Source: Desulfobacterales bacterium (GTDB taxonomy: Bacteria; Desulfobacterota; Desulfobacteria; Desulfobacterales; UBA2174). Taken from it: DNA of 64,000 bases. The notes under the pieces were generated by a model. It was not told the DNA's origin, searched no databases, and saw only the letters and a program-made list of their open reading frames with translations. How positions within the stretch are numbered: the stretch's first letter is position 1; every line of letters begins with the position of its first letter. Both the position numbers and the translations under genes were made by a program. The DNA lies in the NCBI GenBank assembly GCA_963668645.2, contig CAXXWC010000014.1:1-64000 (forward strand), given 5' to 3'. Of the stretch, positions 48,853-58,582 are shown piece by piece.

Positions 48853-49770
48853 TCAGGCCGCCTGTTGGGACGCTCGGCGCAGCCCGTTGGCAAACAGGTG
48901 CACCTGGCTGGCCAGCATCCCGCCGAGCATCAGGGCACAGCCGGTCATGCTGCGAAAGCTCAAGGTCTCGGCGAGCAGCAGCCATCCGCCCAGGGCGGCG
49001 AAGACCGCCTCCAGGCTGAGCAAAATGGCGGCGTGGGCCGGCGGGGCGTCCTTTTGAGCCACCACCTGGAGGGTGTAGGCGATGCCCACCGACGCCAGCC
49101 CCCCGTAAAGGATCGGCACGGCGGCGGCCATGATTCCGGCAAGCGTCACGGTTTCGGAAACCAGGGCCGTGGCCAGGCTGAGCAGGGCGCAGCCGGCGTA
49201 CTGCAGGCAGGCGAGCCGTATGACCGGCAACCGAGGCGAAAGCCAACCGAGGATCAGGACATGCCCGGCCCAGAAAACGGCTCCGGCCAGCTCCAGCAGA
49301 TCGCCGAAAGCGATGGTGAACTGTTCGGTGACGCTGAGCAGGTAGAGACCCGCAGCGGCCAGCAGGGCGCCGATCCAAGTGCCGGCATCCGGCCGTTGGC
49401 GCCACAAAAGGCCCATGATGGGAACGATGACAACGTACAGACCGGTGATGAAACCCGCCTTGCCGGCGGTGGTGTAGACCAGGCCCACCTGCTGCAGCGA
49501 GGCGCCGAGAAAAAGGGCCGTCGCGGCCAGAATCGGCCCCCAGAAAGCGATGCCGCCCGCGGCGGCCGTTCGGGGCCGGAGAGTGCGGGAAAGGCGTCCT
49601 TCGAGCCAGACCAGGGGCAGCAGCGAGAGGCTGCCCAGGGCGAAGCGTACCCCGTTGAAGGTGAAGGGCCCCACGTGGTTCATGCCCACCCGCTGGGCCA
49701 CGAAGGCAAAACCCCATATGGCGGCGGTGGCCAGCAGCATCAGATCGGCCCGCAGTGTTCGACTTTGCAT
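48853..49770 (-). CDS. DMT/EamA-family transporter
   Basis: IWGFAFVAQR, TTAGKAGFITGLY, AYTLQ...Q, ILLSLEAVF. Confidence 0.92.
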   Translation of the reverse strand: MQSRTLRADLMLLATAAIWGFAFVAQRVGMNHVGPFTFNGVRFALGSLSLLPLVWLEGRLSRTLRPRTAAAGGIAFWGPILAATALFLGASLQQVGLVYTTAGKAGFITGLYVVIVPIMGLLWRQRPDAGTWIGALLAAAGLYLLSVTEQFTIAFGDLLELAGAVFWAGHVLILGWLSPRLPVIRLACLQYAGCALLSLATALVSETVTLAGIMAAAVPILYGGLASVGIAYTLQVVAQKDAPPAHAAILLSLEAVFAALGGWLLLAETLSFRSMTGCALMLGGMLASQVHLFANGLRRASQQAA

Positions 49771-50056
49771 TTTACCCATGTTCCGGATGTGAAGTTTGCA
49801 TGAACGGCGCACCATACCTTCGGCGGCACTGCCGGTCAAGGGTGGTCGCACCCGGAGCGCAATTCTCGATGGAATTGCCGCTGGCCGCTTGACCTTTAAA
49901 GATAAGCACTATAGTTACGATCAGTTGACAAAATTGTCACAGCTCGGCGATCAATCGCGACCTGCCTGTAATAAAGGCGGTTGGTGCTGAATCTGATCGA
50001 TGGGCATCGCAAAGCGGCCGTTGTCGATAGGATCTTCGAGCGGCCAACGGGGAGCC

Positions 50057-52000
50057 ATGAAAGATCAATCCTTTCGGGGCGGCCGGGTTCAAGGCTGCGG
50101 CATGCAGGCCGATGAGCTGCGGGAAATTCTCGATCATTCCTGCGATATCCTCTACCGGCGCGATCTTCACTCCGGGGTTTACGACTACCTGAGCCGCGCT
50201 TTCGTCCGGCTCCTCGGCTACAGCCAGGAGGAGGTCGCCGGCATGGCCTGGGAAGAGGTCGGCGGTCTGATCCATCCTCAGGACCGCGAACGCCACGATG
50301 CCTGCCTGCAAACCCTGCTCGACGCCGATTCCGCCATACCGCGCAACGAGACCGTCGAGTATCGCTTGCGCTGCAAAGACGGGACCTATCGCTGGTTCCG
50401 CGATCAAATGACCATCGTGCGGGATCCTGCCGGTCAACCGCTTTATCTGCTGGGCAACAACCGGGATATCACCGAACATCGCAACGTCGAGCAGACCCTG
50501 GCCGAGATTCAAGGCGGGCTGTTCATCGTTTTGGACAGCATCGAGGCCCATATTTTCGCGGCCGACATGCAGACCTACGAAGTCCTTTTCATGAATCGCA
50601 AGATGAAGGAGGATTTCGGCCATCCGCTCGAGGGGTGCATCTGCTGGCAAGTGTTCCGCGGCGGGCAGGGACCTTGCGCCCATTGCACCAACAGCCGGCT
50701 TATCGACAGCCAGGGGAAGCCCACCGGAGTCTGCGTCTGGGAAGGCCGCAATCCGGTTACGCGACGCTGGTACGTCAACCACGACCAGGCTATCAAATGG
50801 AACGACGGCCGCTTGGTTCGGCTTCAGATCGCCTTTGACGTTACGGATGTCAAACGTTTGGAGCTGGAGCGGGGCCAAGCCGTCGAAAAGCTGCAGCAGG
50901 CCCAGAAGCTGGAGGCCATTGGCACTCTTGCCGGTGGTATAGCTCATGATTTCAATAATTTACTCATGGGGATCGTCGGGCACCTGAACCTCATCCAGCT
51001 CGATCTGGAACCTGACCATCCCCAACTGGCGCGGATTGCCAAGATCGAGGAGATGGTTCTCAGCGGGCGCCAGTTGACCGGGCAGCTGCTCAGTTATGCG
51101 CGCAAGGGTAAATTTGAGGCCCGGTTTATCGATCTCAACCCGATCGTGCGCGAAGCGCTCGAAGCCGTCTCGCGCATGCGAAAGGATATCATGGTGCGGC
51201 TCGATTTGGTGGAAGCGGCGGCCATCGTCTGGGCCGACAGGTCACAGATGGTCCAAATGCTATGGAATTTGTGTGCCAATGCCTCGGATGCCATGCCGGA
51301 GGGGGGCATGTTGACGGTCTCTACGCGCATCGAAGCCGGGCAATCCGCAGAACCCGGTCAGGTGGTTCTCACCGTGGCCGATAGCGGCCAGGGGATCGAG
51401 GCCGAGATCCGCGACCGTATCTTCGAACCATTCTTTACCACCAAGTATCGCGGCAGGGGCACCGGGATGGGGCTGGCGTCGGTTTACGGCATCGTCAAGG
51501 GCCACGGCGGCCATATCCAGGTTTCCTCAGAGCCGGGAAAAGGGGCCTGCTTTACCGTATCCCTGCCGGCGATGAACGATCGGGGGGAAGATCCGTCCGT
51601 ACCGGCACCGGCCGCTTCAAAGATCCGGACGATCCTGCTGGTGGACGATGAGGATTTCGTGCGTGAAATCGGTCGTGACCTGCTCGAACACCTCGGTTTT
51701 TCAGTGGTGGAGGCTCAAAACGGGGAGCAGGCCGTTGCCCTTTTGGCCGAATCGGGGGATATGATCGACCTGGTGATTCTCGATCTGATCATGCCGGAAA
51801 TGAGCGGCACCGAAACCTTTGACCGTCTCAAGCGGATCGATCCGGCCGTGCGGGTGCTGCTATCCAGTGGATACAGCCTCGAAGGCGAGGCCCAGGCCCT
51901 GCTGGACCGGGGCTGTGACGGTTTTATCCAGAAACCGTTCACCATTGCCCAGCTGAAAGAGAAGATCGAGCGGATTTTGTCGCTGGCCCGGCCCAAGTAG
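50057..52000 (+). CDS. PAS-domain hybrid histidine kinase with receiver
   Basis: PAS (IHPQD..YRWF), second PAS with C..C.HC, AHDFNN H-box, EPFFTTK, VDDE..DLIMP..QKPF. Confidence 0.92.
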   Translation: MKDQSFRGGRVQGCGMQADELREILDHSCDILYRRDLHSGVYDYLSRAFVRLLGYSQEEVAGMAWEEVGGLIHPQDRERHDACLQTLLDADSAIPRNETVEYRLRCKDGTYRWFRDQMTIVRDPAGQPLYLLGNNRDITEHRNVEQTLAEIQGGLFIVLDSIEAHIFAADMQTYEVLFMNRKMKEDFGHPLEGCICWQVFRGGQGPCAHCTNSRLIDSQGKPTGVCVWEGRNPVTRRWYVNHDQAIKWNDGRLVRLQIAFDVTDVKRLELERGQAVEKLQQAQKLEAIGTLAGGIAHDFNNLLMGIVGHLNLIQLDLEPDHPQLARIAKIEEMVLSGRQLTGQLLSYARKGKFEARFIDLNPIVREALEAVSRMRKDIMVRLDLVEAAAIVWADRSQMVQMLWNLCANASDAMPEGGMLTVSTRIEAGQSAEPGQVVLTVADSGQGIEAEIRDRIFEPFFTTKYRGRGTGMGLASVYGIVKGHGGHIQVSSEPGKGACFTVSLPAMNDRGEDPSVPAPAASKIRTILLVDDEDFVREIGRDLLEHLGFSVVEAQNGEQAVALLAESGDMIDLVILDLIMPEMSGTETFDRLKRIDPAVRVLLSSGYSLEGEAQALLDRGCDGFIQKPFTIAQLKEKIERILSLARPK

Positions 52001-52019
52001 CCAGGCCCGGGAGGCCGCC

Positions 52020-53402
52020 TTGGAATTTCACACCCGACTGCTGAATGACCGTCCGCCAAAAGCCGGCGATTTCGTCCTTTACTGGATGCAGCAGGCGCAG
52101 CGGGCCGATGAAAATCCTGCCCTGGCCTATGCCATGATCCAGGCCAACCGGCTCGCCCTGCCCCTGGTGGCGGTTTTCGGGCTGACCGGGGCCTATCCCG
52201 AGGCCAATCTTCGCCATTACACCTTCATGCTCGAAGGCTTGCGCGACACCGCGGCCCGGCTCGCCGACAAAGGGATCCGCCTTGTCCTGCGCATCGGGGA
52301 TCCGGAACGGGTGGTGCTCGATCTGGAAAAACGGGCCGCCCTGATCGTCTGCGACCGGGGGTACCTGCGCCACCAGCACCGCTGGCGGCAGGCCGTGGGG
52401 ACAGGGGCCGATTGTCCGGTGGTCGAGGTGGAAACCGATCTGGTGGTGCCGGTGGAGGTCGTCTCGGGCAAGTCCGAGTATGCCGCCCGCACCCTGCGGC
52501 CCAAGATCATGGGCCTGCTAGACCGGTTTTTGCGCCCCGTGCCGGAAGTGGACCTGGACAGCCCGTCGGTGGACATGGTCCTGGCCGGGGAGGATCCGGC
52601 CGATCTTGGCGGGCTGCTGGCCAAGTTGAAGGTCGATGGGCGTGTGGCGCCGGTCTCGCACTGGCTCAAGGGCGGCACCGGCCAGGCCCAGCAGCGCCTG
52701 GAGAGGTTTATAGCGCGAGGTTTGGGCGATTATGCAGCCCACGGCAACCAGCCCCAGACCGACGATGTCTCGATGATGAGCCCCTATCTTCACTTCGGCC
52801 AGATCTCCCCGGTCTGGCTGGCCCGCCGCATCCGGGCCGCAGCGGGCGATGAGGCAGACAAGGCCGCCTATATCGAACAGCTGGTGGTGCGCCGCGAGCT
52901 GGCATTCAACTTCGTGCACTACAATTCGGCCTACGACGGTTTTGACAGCCTGCCGGCCTGGGCCCGTGAGACCCTGGCGGTCCATGCGGCCGACCCGCGG
53001 ACCCACCTTTATACGCCCGCCCAGCTTGAAGCCGGGCAGACCCACGATCCTTACTGGAACGCGGCCATGGCCGAGATGCGCACCACCGGCTTCATGCACA
53101 ACTACATGCGCATGTACTGGGGCAAGCAGGTCCTGGCCTGGTCTGACAGCCCCCGGGCAGCCTTCACAACCCTGCTGGAGCTCAACAACCGCTATTTCCT
53201 CGACGGGCGCGATCCCAATTCTTATGCCGGTGTGGCCTGGATCTTCGGCCAGCACGACCGGCCCTGGCCTGAGCGGCCGGTCTTCGGCAAGGTGCGCTCC
53301 ATGACCGCGGCCGGTCTGCGGCGCAAGTGCGACATCGATGCCTACATGAGAAAAGTCGCGGCGCGCGCGGGCGGGCTGGGCGGATCCGACGTATCAGACT
53401 GA
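52020..53402 (+). CDS. phr: Deoxyribodipyrimidine photolyase (class II)
   Basis: VLYWM, EYAARTLRPKI, SPYLHFGQIS, THDPYWNA, MHNYMRMYWGK, DGRDPN, HDRPW.ER. Confidence 0.93.
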   Translation: MEFHTRLLNDRPPKAGDFVLYWMQQAQRADENPALAYAMIQANRLALPLVAVFGLTGAYPEANLRHYTFMLEGLRDTAARLADKGIRLVLRIGDPERVVLDLEKRAALIVCDRGYLRHQHRWRQAVGTGADCPVVEVETDLVVPVEVVSGKSEYAARTLRPKIMGLLDRFLRPVPEVDLDSPSVDMVLAGEDPADLGGLLAKLKVDGRVAPVSHWLKGGTGQAQQRLERFIARGLGDYAAHGNQPQTDDVSMMSPYLHFGQISPVWLARRIRAAAGDEADKAAYIEQLVVRRELAFNFVHYNSAYDGFDSLPAWARETLAVHAADPRTHLYTPAQLEAGQTHDPYWNAAMAEMRTTGFMHNYMRMYWGKQVLAWSDSPRAAFTTLLELNNRYFLDGRDPNSYAGVAWIFGQHDRPWPERPVFGKVRSMTAAGLRRKCDIDAYMRKVAARAGGLGGSDVSD

Positions 53403-53527
53403 TCGGACGGATCCGTACGATGCTTCCCTTTTTCCCGGTTGCCTTCTAACGATGTGTTCTTATCGTAGCGATAATTGTTATCGCTTAATAATGCTGGGCC
53501 GATACCGATCACAAAGGGAATCCCTGG

Positions 53528-54832
53528 ATGTTCATGACCCACACCGACAACCTGGCCAGCATCACTTTTGAGCTTGGCTGGGAAAAACACGGGATCCGCC
53601 ACACGGACGGGCTGCATGCGCCGCGGGTCAATTTCTGGCGCGACCTGTTGCCGCCGCCACTCGGCCCTGCTCTGATGGGCCGCTGGACCGGAGAGCGGGT
53701 GGAGGTGGATGCTGCGGCCGGCTCGATTATCGCTGCGGCCAGCGACAGCCGGGTGCACCGGGTTCCTGCCGCTCGCATCTGCGGCCGGCTGCGATCCGGG
53801 GAGCCCATCGTGCCGCGCTACGGCCGGTTCTATCCGGCCGGGATGCTCAAGGGCCTGCCGGGCGTCTTTGCCGGGGCGATAACCCCTTTTCGCTGCACCG
53901 GGGTGGGCGCGGGGGGGATCCGGGCTGACTTCAACCACCCTTTAGCCGGTCTGCCCTTGCGCGTGGCTGCGGACATCGAAGACGTCCGCCTGAAGTTCGA
54001 CGAGCGGGGCGGAACCTGCAACGACTGGCTCGAACTGCTCGCCACCGGGCCGGGAATTCAGGCCCGTGCCAACGGGCGGCCCACCGATTTTCTGGGACCC
54101 GGGGCCCTGGCGCGGGAGGACGTCTCTGACGACAGCGGTTTTTACCGCCAGCCGCGCCTGGTTCAGCATATCGACGACGAGGCCATCCGTGCCGTTACCG
54201 GCATCTACCGGCGGCTGGTGCCGGCGGGCGCACGGGTTCTCGATCTAATGAGCAGCTGGGCTTCCCACCTGCCCGAAGCGGTCGAATTCGCCCGGGTCGT
54301 CGGCCTCGGTCTCAACCGGGTGGAGCTGGAGGCCAATCCCCGCCTGACCGGCCGTGTGGTTCACGACCTGAACCGCGATCCGCGCCTGCCTTTCGATGAC
54401 GGCAGTTTCGATGCCCTGGTCTGCACCGTCTCGGTGGAGTATTTGGCCGATCCCCTGGCGGTTTTCGCCGAGGCGGCCCGGGTGCTGGCACCGGGCGGGA
54501 TTTTTATCGTGACCTTTTCCAACCGCTGGTTTGCCCCCAAGGCGATCCGGATCTGGTCGGAGCTGCATGAATTCGAACGGCCGGGTCTGGTACTGGAGTA
54601 TTTTCTGGCGGCCAAGCGGTTTGTCGATCTGGAGACCTATTCGCTGCGCGGCCGGCCACGGCCGGCAACGGACAAGTACTACCCGGCCGATCCGGTGGCG
54701 GATCCGGTTTTTGCGGTGTGGGGGTATGCAGGCGGGAAATCGTTGGAAGGCCGGCGGCCGACCGCTGCAAGGCGGGGGAAATCCCGCCTTGCAGCGGTTG
54801 AGGGGCGATCGCTGGATTCAAACAGGCGATAA
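53528..54832 (+). CDS. Class I SAM methyltransferase with degenerate FKBP/SlyD-like N-terminal region
   Basis: DFNHPLAG in the N-terminal half; FY..PRLV.HID, VLDLMSSW.SHLP, SVEYL, FSNRWF.PKA in the C-terminal half. Confidence 0.85.
   Translation: MFMTHTDNLASITFELGWEKHGIRHTDGLHAPRVNFWRDLLPPPLGPALMGRWTGERVEVDAAAGSIIAAASDSRVHRVPAARICGRLRSGEPIVPRYGRFYPAGMLKGLPGVFAGAITPFRCTGVGAGGIRADFNHPLAGLPLRVAADIEDVRLKFDERGGTCNDWLELLATGPGIQARANGRPTDFLGPGALAREDVSDDSGFYRQPRLVQHIDDEAIRAVTGIYRRLVPAGARVLDLMSSWASHLPEAVEFARVVGLGLNRVELEANPRLTGRVVHDLNRDPRLPFDDGSFDALVCTVSVEYLADPLAVFAEAARVLAPGGIFIVTFSNRWFAPKAIRIWSELHEFERPGLVLEYFLAAKRFVDLETYSLRGRPRPATDKYYPADPVADPVFAVWGYAGGKSLEGRRPTAARRGKSRLAAVEGRSLDSNRR
54761..54798. terminator. 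16-bp perfect inverted repeat at the junction of convergent genes
   Basis: ACCGCTGCAAGGCGGG-N6-CCCGCCTTGCAGCGGT; no U-tract. Confidence 0.55.
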
Positions 54833-54907
54833 ACGCATCCGCACCGGCCGTCCACTAAGGTTTGCCGATCGTGGGAAGGCCGGAGCCTGGCGCATCCACC
54901 TGCCACA

Positions 54908-55489
54908 TCAAGGTGCAACGTCGGGCGGATACATCAGCTTGGCGTCCATATTGTAGGTCCACGGCAGCCCCTCGTACTTCCAGCCGCCTCCCCAGCGCTG
55001 GCCGTGAAAGGCGCTGTCCTTGTTCTTGTTCTTGTCTCCCTCGAAGCCGCCCATCAGGTTGAAGACCTTGTCTTCTGCAAAGCCGGCCTTGATCGCCTCG
55101 TTGCAGGAGGTACAGCTCCGGTTGCCGCTGCGGCACAGGAAGATCAGGGTGTCGGTTTCCGGGTTGAAGCGCGCGGCGAGCACCTTGCCGAAGTCCGGGT
55201 TGGCCACCTCAGTGTAGCCCTTCTTGCCGACCTTGGCTGAGAGGAACCGCAGCGGGATGTTCACGGCCCCTTCGGGATGGCCTACGAACTGGTACTCGGC
55301 CCGGGTGCGGCAGTCCACCAGGAAGGTGTGGCCCGGATCCTTCTGGACCATCTTGTAAGCCTCGGCCGGTTCGACATTCCCGCCCAGGTGATCCTTGTTG
55401 CACTTGTAGGCGTATCCGGCCATGGCCCAGGATGCGGCGACCAGCACCATCGTTGCAACAAGCACTGCGATCATCGACTGTTTTTTCAT
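54908..55489 (-). CDS. Exported rhodanese-like sulfurtransferase
   Basis: Signal peptide ending AMA; LVDCRT..EY..GHP, active-site loop CRSGNRS, NLMGGFEG, GWKYEGLPW; GGAG RBS. Confidence 0.9.
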   Translation of the reverse strand: MKKQSMIAVLVATMVLVAASWAMAGYAYKCNKDHLGGNVEPAEAYKMVQKDPGHTFLVDCRTRAEYQFVGHPEGAVNIPLRFLSAKVGKKGYTEVANPDFGKVLAARFNPETDTLIFLCRSGNRSCTSCNEAIKAGFAEDKVFNLMGGFEGDKNKNKDSAFHGQRWGGGWKYEGLPWTYNMDAKLMYPPDVAP

Positions 55490-55525
55490 GGGGCGCTCCT
55501 TTCCTTTCCTGTCTTGAAATGACAT

Positions 55526-56902
55526 TTATCGATCCGCTGCGGCGGCCGGGTTTTCCAGCCGCTGCGGGACCCGTTCCCGCGGCACGATCACCGCGGCGTT
55601 GGCTTTCAGCTCCCAGTCCTCCATATCCTGCGGCCCGAGAAAGATGGCCGCGTTGCCGTGGCAGCTATTGCAGTCGCGGTTCTGCTCAGTCTGGCGGCGG
55701 ATGTTGTGCGGCGCGGCCCTTTTCCAGGTCGGCACCCTGGCAAAGGCGTTGAGAACGCCCTTGCGGTAATGGTCGAGCATCTTGGGGTCAACCGGCGGAT
55801 GGCGCACCACCGCGAAGGTTTCCGGGCGGGCTTCATCCGGTTGCGGATTAAGGCCGATTTTTAACATCACTTCGGTCTTGCGGCATTTGAAAAAGGCCAG
55901 GCCCTCCTTGTCGCGTCCCACGTGGCAACTGGAGCAGTTCTTGTAGGCCTGGGCATGGCAGACCTGGCAGGCGAGCCGGCCCCGGTGGAGCCGGTGGGCG
56001 CGGTTGGGCGCATCCTCGGCAACCGCTTCGGGGTGGCACTTGATGCACGCCGGCCGCTGGACCAGGGTGTGCCGGGTGGCGCCGGCGCCTGCTGCAGCGT
56101 GTATCTCTTCGGCCTTGTGGCAGGCCATGCAGGTCATCTCTTCGTCCTCGTAGTGGACGTCGGCCTCGCTGTCTTCACGGACCCCGGTGAACTCGCCCGA
56201 CACCCGGCCGCCGTGGCACCCGGCGCAGGTGCTGTCCATGGGCGGGGTCTTCTTGAAATGGTGCCTGGCCAGCAGCCCGCCGGCAACGTAGTCCGGACGG
56301 CTCACATGGCACTGGCCGCAGCTCGCGTGGCAGGTGCCGCAGTGGGTCTCGGCGGCCTTGGCCGCCGTCTGCCGGGCCGCCGGGCAGGGGTTGTCCATGC
56401 GGGCCGCAAATGCGCCTCTGAGCGGCGCGATGGTGTAGTGCAGACTGCCGGCCGCCGTCTCGGCGATTTCCGGGTGGCACGGGCCGCAAGCCGAACCGGG
56501 GTCCGGAAAGGTCGGATCGGCCACCACCTCGCGGTGGGCCGTCTGCCAGTCGGGATCATCGGGATCGCCGCCGTGGCAGTCGACACAGGCGATCTGACCG
56601 TGGTCCGTCTCCAGGAAGTCCGGCTTGACGTAAATCTTTTCGTACAGCTCCAACGGAGCCAGAGGGCCACCTCACCCCTCGCCGGTGTTTTCGGCCGAAG
56701 TCTTGGGCTGCGGCTTGATTTTTTCCACCTGCCAGCAGAGTCGGATAAGCCCTTTGAGATTGGTGTGGCAGGTGACGCACTGGCTGGAGCCCGGCGTTAC
56801 AGGGTCTGCAGAATGGACCGGCGCGGCAAAGCCCGCCACCGCCAGCAGCACCGCTGCCAGCCACATCCTCTTTGTGGAAAGCCGCCGGAATCCCCGGTAC
56901 AT
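55526..56902 (-). CDS. Exported 11-heme c-type cytochrome, predicted selenoprotein (UGA at 56674-56672 read as Sec)
   Basis: ORFs 56672..56902 and 55526..56653 are in the same frame and separated by one TGA (ENTGEG*GGPLAPLELYEK). The signal peptide and 1 CxxCH are upstream of the TGA, 10 CxxCH are downstream, and a SECIS-like hairpin follows. Confidence 0.85.
56645..56661 (-). promoter_or_regulatory. Putative bacterial SECIS element
   Basis: UGA + 11 nt + GGCUCC-GUU-GGAGCU hairpin; the loop starts with GU and has 17 nt between it and the UGA. Confidence 0.7.
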
Positions 56903-57020
56903 GTTTCCCCCCCTTTTTTTTCCAACGACAACGGATCTGGATTAGATCTCCCGCAGCGCTGCACGGACAGCGAGCCGCATCAATGACGATGGCCGGTCGT
57001 GCCGGGCAGGGGAGATATGA

Positions 57021-57061
57021 GATAAGACTCATTATCTAAACGGCGCCGTTTCGTCCGTCAA
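57021..57061 (-). promoter_or_regulatory. Putative promoter/operator of the cytochrome-rhodanese unit
   Basis: TTGACG-N19-GATAAT, with perfect palindrome AAACGGCGCCGTTT (57038-57051) in the spacer and GATAA-N6-TTATC over the -10. Confidence 0.45.
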
Positions 57062-57248
57062 GCTTTTAATTACCCCCTCAGCACTTGCCGATAAATCCGA
57101 CCTTGTGAGCTGCGGCCCACCCGTGCTATGTGCCATCGCACGTTACCGCAACTCCCATGTCCGCGCCCGGATTTGCCGCTTGTCCCGCCTGCCGCTGCAA
57201 CGGGGCGAGGGCGGCATGCGGACGCCTGATGAAACGGTGAAATTCGTG

Positions 57249-57848
57249 ATGATTGCAAACGTACCCCGACTGGATCGCCAACTGGCATTTTTAGTGGAAA
57301 TCGACAGACTCAAACAGGTGTACCGTCAGACCCTGCTCATGGACGGCACCCGGCGGGAGAACTCCGCCGAACATTCCTGGCACATCGCCGTGATGGCCCC
57401 CTTGCTGGTCGAATACGCTCCCGACGATGACCTCGACCTTGGCCGGGTGGTCCAGATGCTGCTGGTCCACGACTTGGTGGAGATCGATGCCGGCGACACC
57501 TACTGCTATGACCCGCAGGCCCGCCAGGACCAGCACGCGCGGGAGGTGGCCGCGGCCGGACGCCTTTTCAGCCTCCTGCCCGGGGACCAGGCCGAGTGGG
57601 CCCAGGGCCTGTGGGAAGAATTCGAGGCCTGCCAGACCCCCGAAGCGGGCTTTGCCGTCGCCCTGGATCGGCTCCAACCACTGGTTCACAATTTTCACAC
57701 CCAGGGGCGCCAGTGGCGCCACCATGGGGTTTGCAGCGATCAGGTGCGCCGGCGCATGCGCCCGATGCGTGACGGGGCCCCCCGCTTGTGGGCCTATGCC
57801 GAGGCCCTCATCGACGAATCGGTGGCGCGGGGGTACCTGGCGCCGTAG
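57249..57848 (+). CDS. HD-domain phosphohydrolase
   Basis: EIDRLK, RENSAEHSWH, LLVHDLVEIDAGD, LWEEFE, DRLQP. Confidence 0.9.
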   Translation: MIANVPRLDRQLAFLVEIDRLKQVYRQTLLMDGTRRENSAEHSWHIAVMAPLLVEYAPDDDLDLGRVVQMLLVHDLVEIDAGDTYCYDPQARQDQHAREVAAAGRLFSLLPGDQAEWAQGLWEEFEACQTPEAGFAVALDRLQPLVHNFHTQGRQWRHHGVCSDQVRRRMRPMRDGAPRLWAYAEALIDESVARGYLAP

Positions 57849-57886
57849 ATGCGCGCCACTTTCTTGCTTAGGATTTGTCTTTTCCC

Positions 57887-58582
57887 ATGACCGAGGCACC
57901 GATCATAAAGGCACGTTGCTTGAGGCGGGTTTACCGGCTTGGGGACGCCGAGGTGACCGGCTTGGCCGGGATCGATCTGGACGTGGCGCGCGGGGCCCTG
58001 GTGGTGCTCAAGGGCGTCAGCGGTTCGGGCAAGAGCACCCTGCTCTCGCTGCTGGCCGGGCTCGACCGGCCCAGCGCCGGGCGCCTCGAGGTGGCCGGCC
58101 GGAACCTGGCCGTGGCCGGGGAGAAGGATCTGACCCTTTTCCGCCGCGAGGTGGTGGGCATGGTCTTTCAGAACTTCAACCTGCTGCCCACCTTGAATGT
58201 CATGGACAATGTCTGCCTGCCGGCGCTGCTGGCGGCCCGATCGCGCAGCGCAGCGCGCCGGCGGGCCGGGGAGCTGCTCGATTGGCTCGCGATGGGCCAC
58301 CGCCGGCAGCATTTTCCGGCCCAGCTTTCCGGCGGTGAGATGCAGCGTACCGCCATCGCCCGGGCCCTGATCAACGACCCGGAAATCATACTGGCCGACG
58401 AACCCACCGGCAACCTGGACAGCCGCAACGGCCGGGCCGTGGTGGCGCTGCTGGCCGATCTGAACCGGCGCTGGGGCCGCACAGTGGTCCTGGCAACCCA
58501 CAGCGGCATCGCGGACCGGGTGGCCACGCGAGAGATCTGCCTGGCCGACGGCGCCATCAGTGACGGGTCATGTGTGAACTGA
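57887..58582 (+). CDS. ABC ATP-binding protein (LolD/MacB-like)
   Basis: GVSGSGKS, LSGGEMQR, ADEPTGNLD. Confidence 0.92.
   Translation: MTEAPIIKARCLRRVYRLGDAEVTGLAGIDLDVARGALVVLKGVSGSGKSTLLSLLAGLDRPSAGRLEVAGRNLAVAGEKDLTLFRREVVGMVFQNFNLLPTLNVMDNVCLPALLAARSRSAARRRAGELLDWLAMGHRRQHFPAQLSGGEMQRTAIARALINDPEIILADEPTGNLDSRNGRAVVALLADLNRRWGRTVVLATHSGIADRVATREICLADGAISDGSCVN

Noticed and set aside
55526..56653. Treating the 375-aa decaheme ORF as a stand-alone gene with a TTG start
   Set aside because: It has no signal peptide, the TTG is inside a hairpin, the SD spacing is poor, and it is in frame with the upstream signal-peptide ORF.
56907..56921. A8-G7 homopolymer run at the cytochrome RBS as a phase-variation switch
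   Set aside because: The runs are short and can be explained as a purine-rich ribosome-binding region; no read-level evidence is available.
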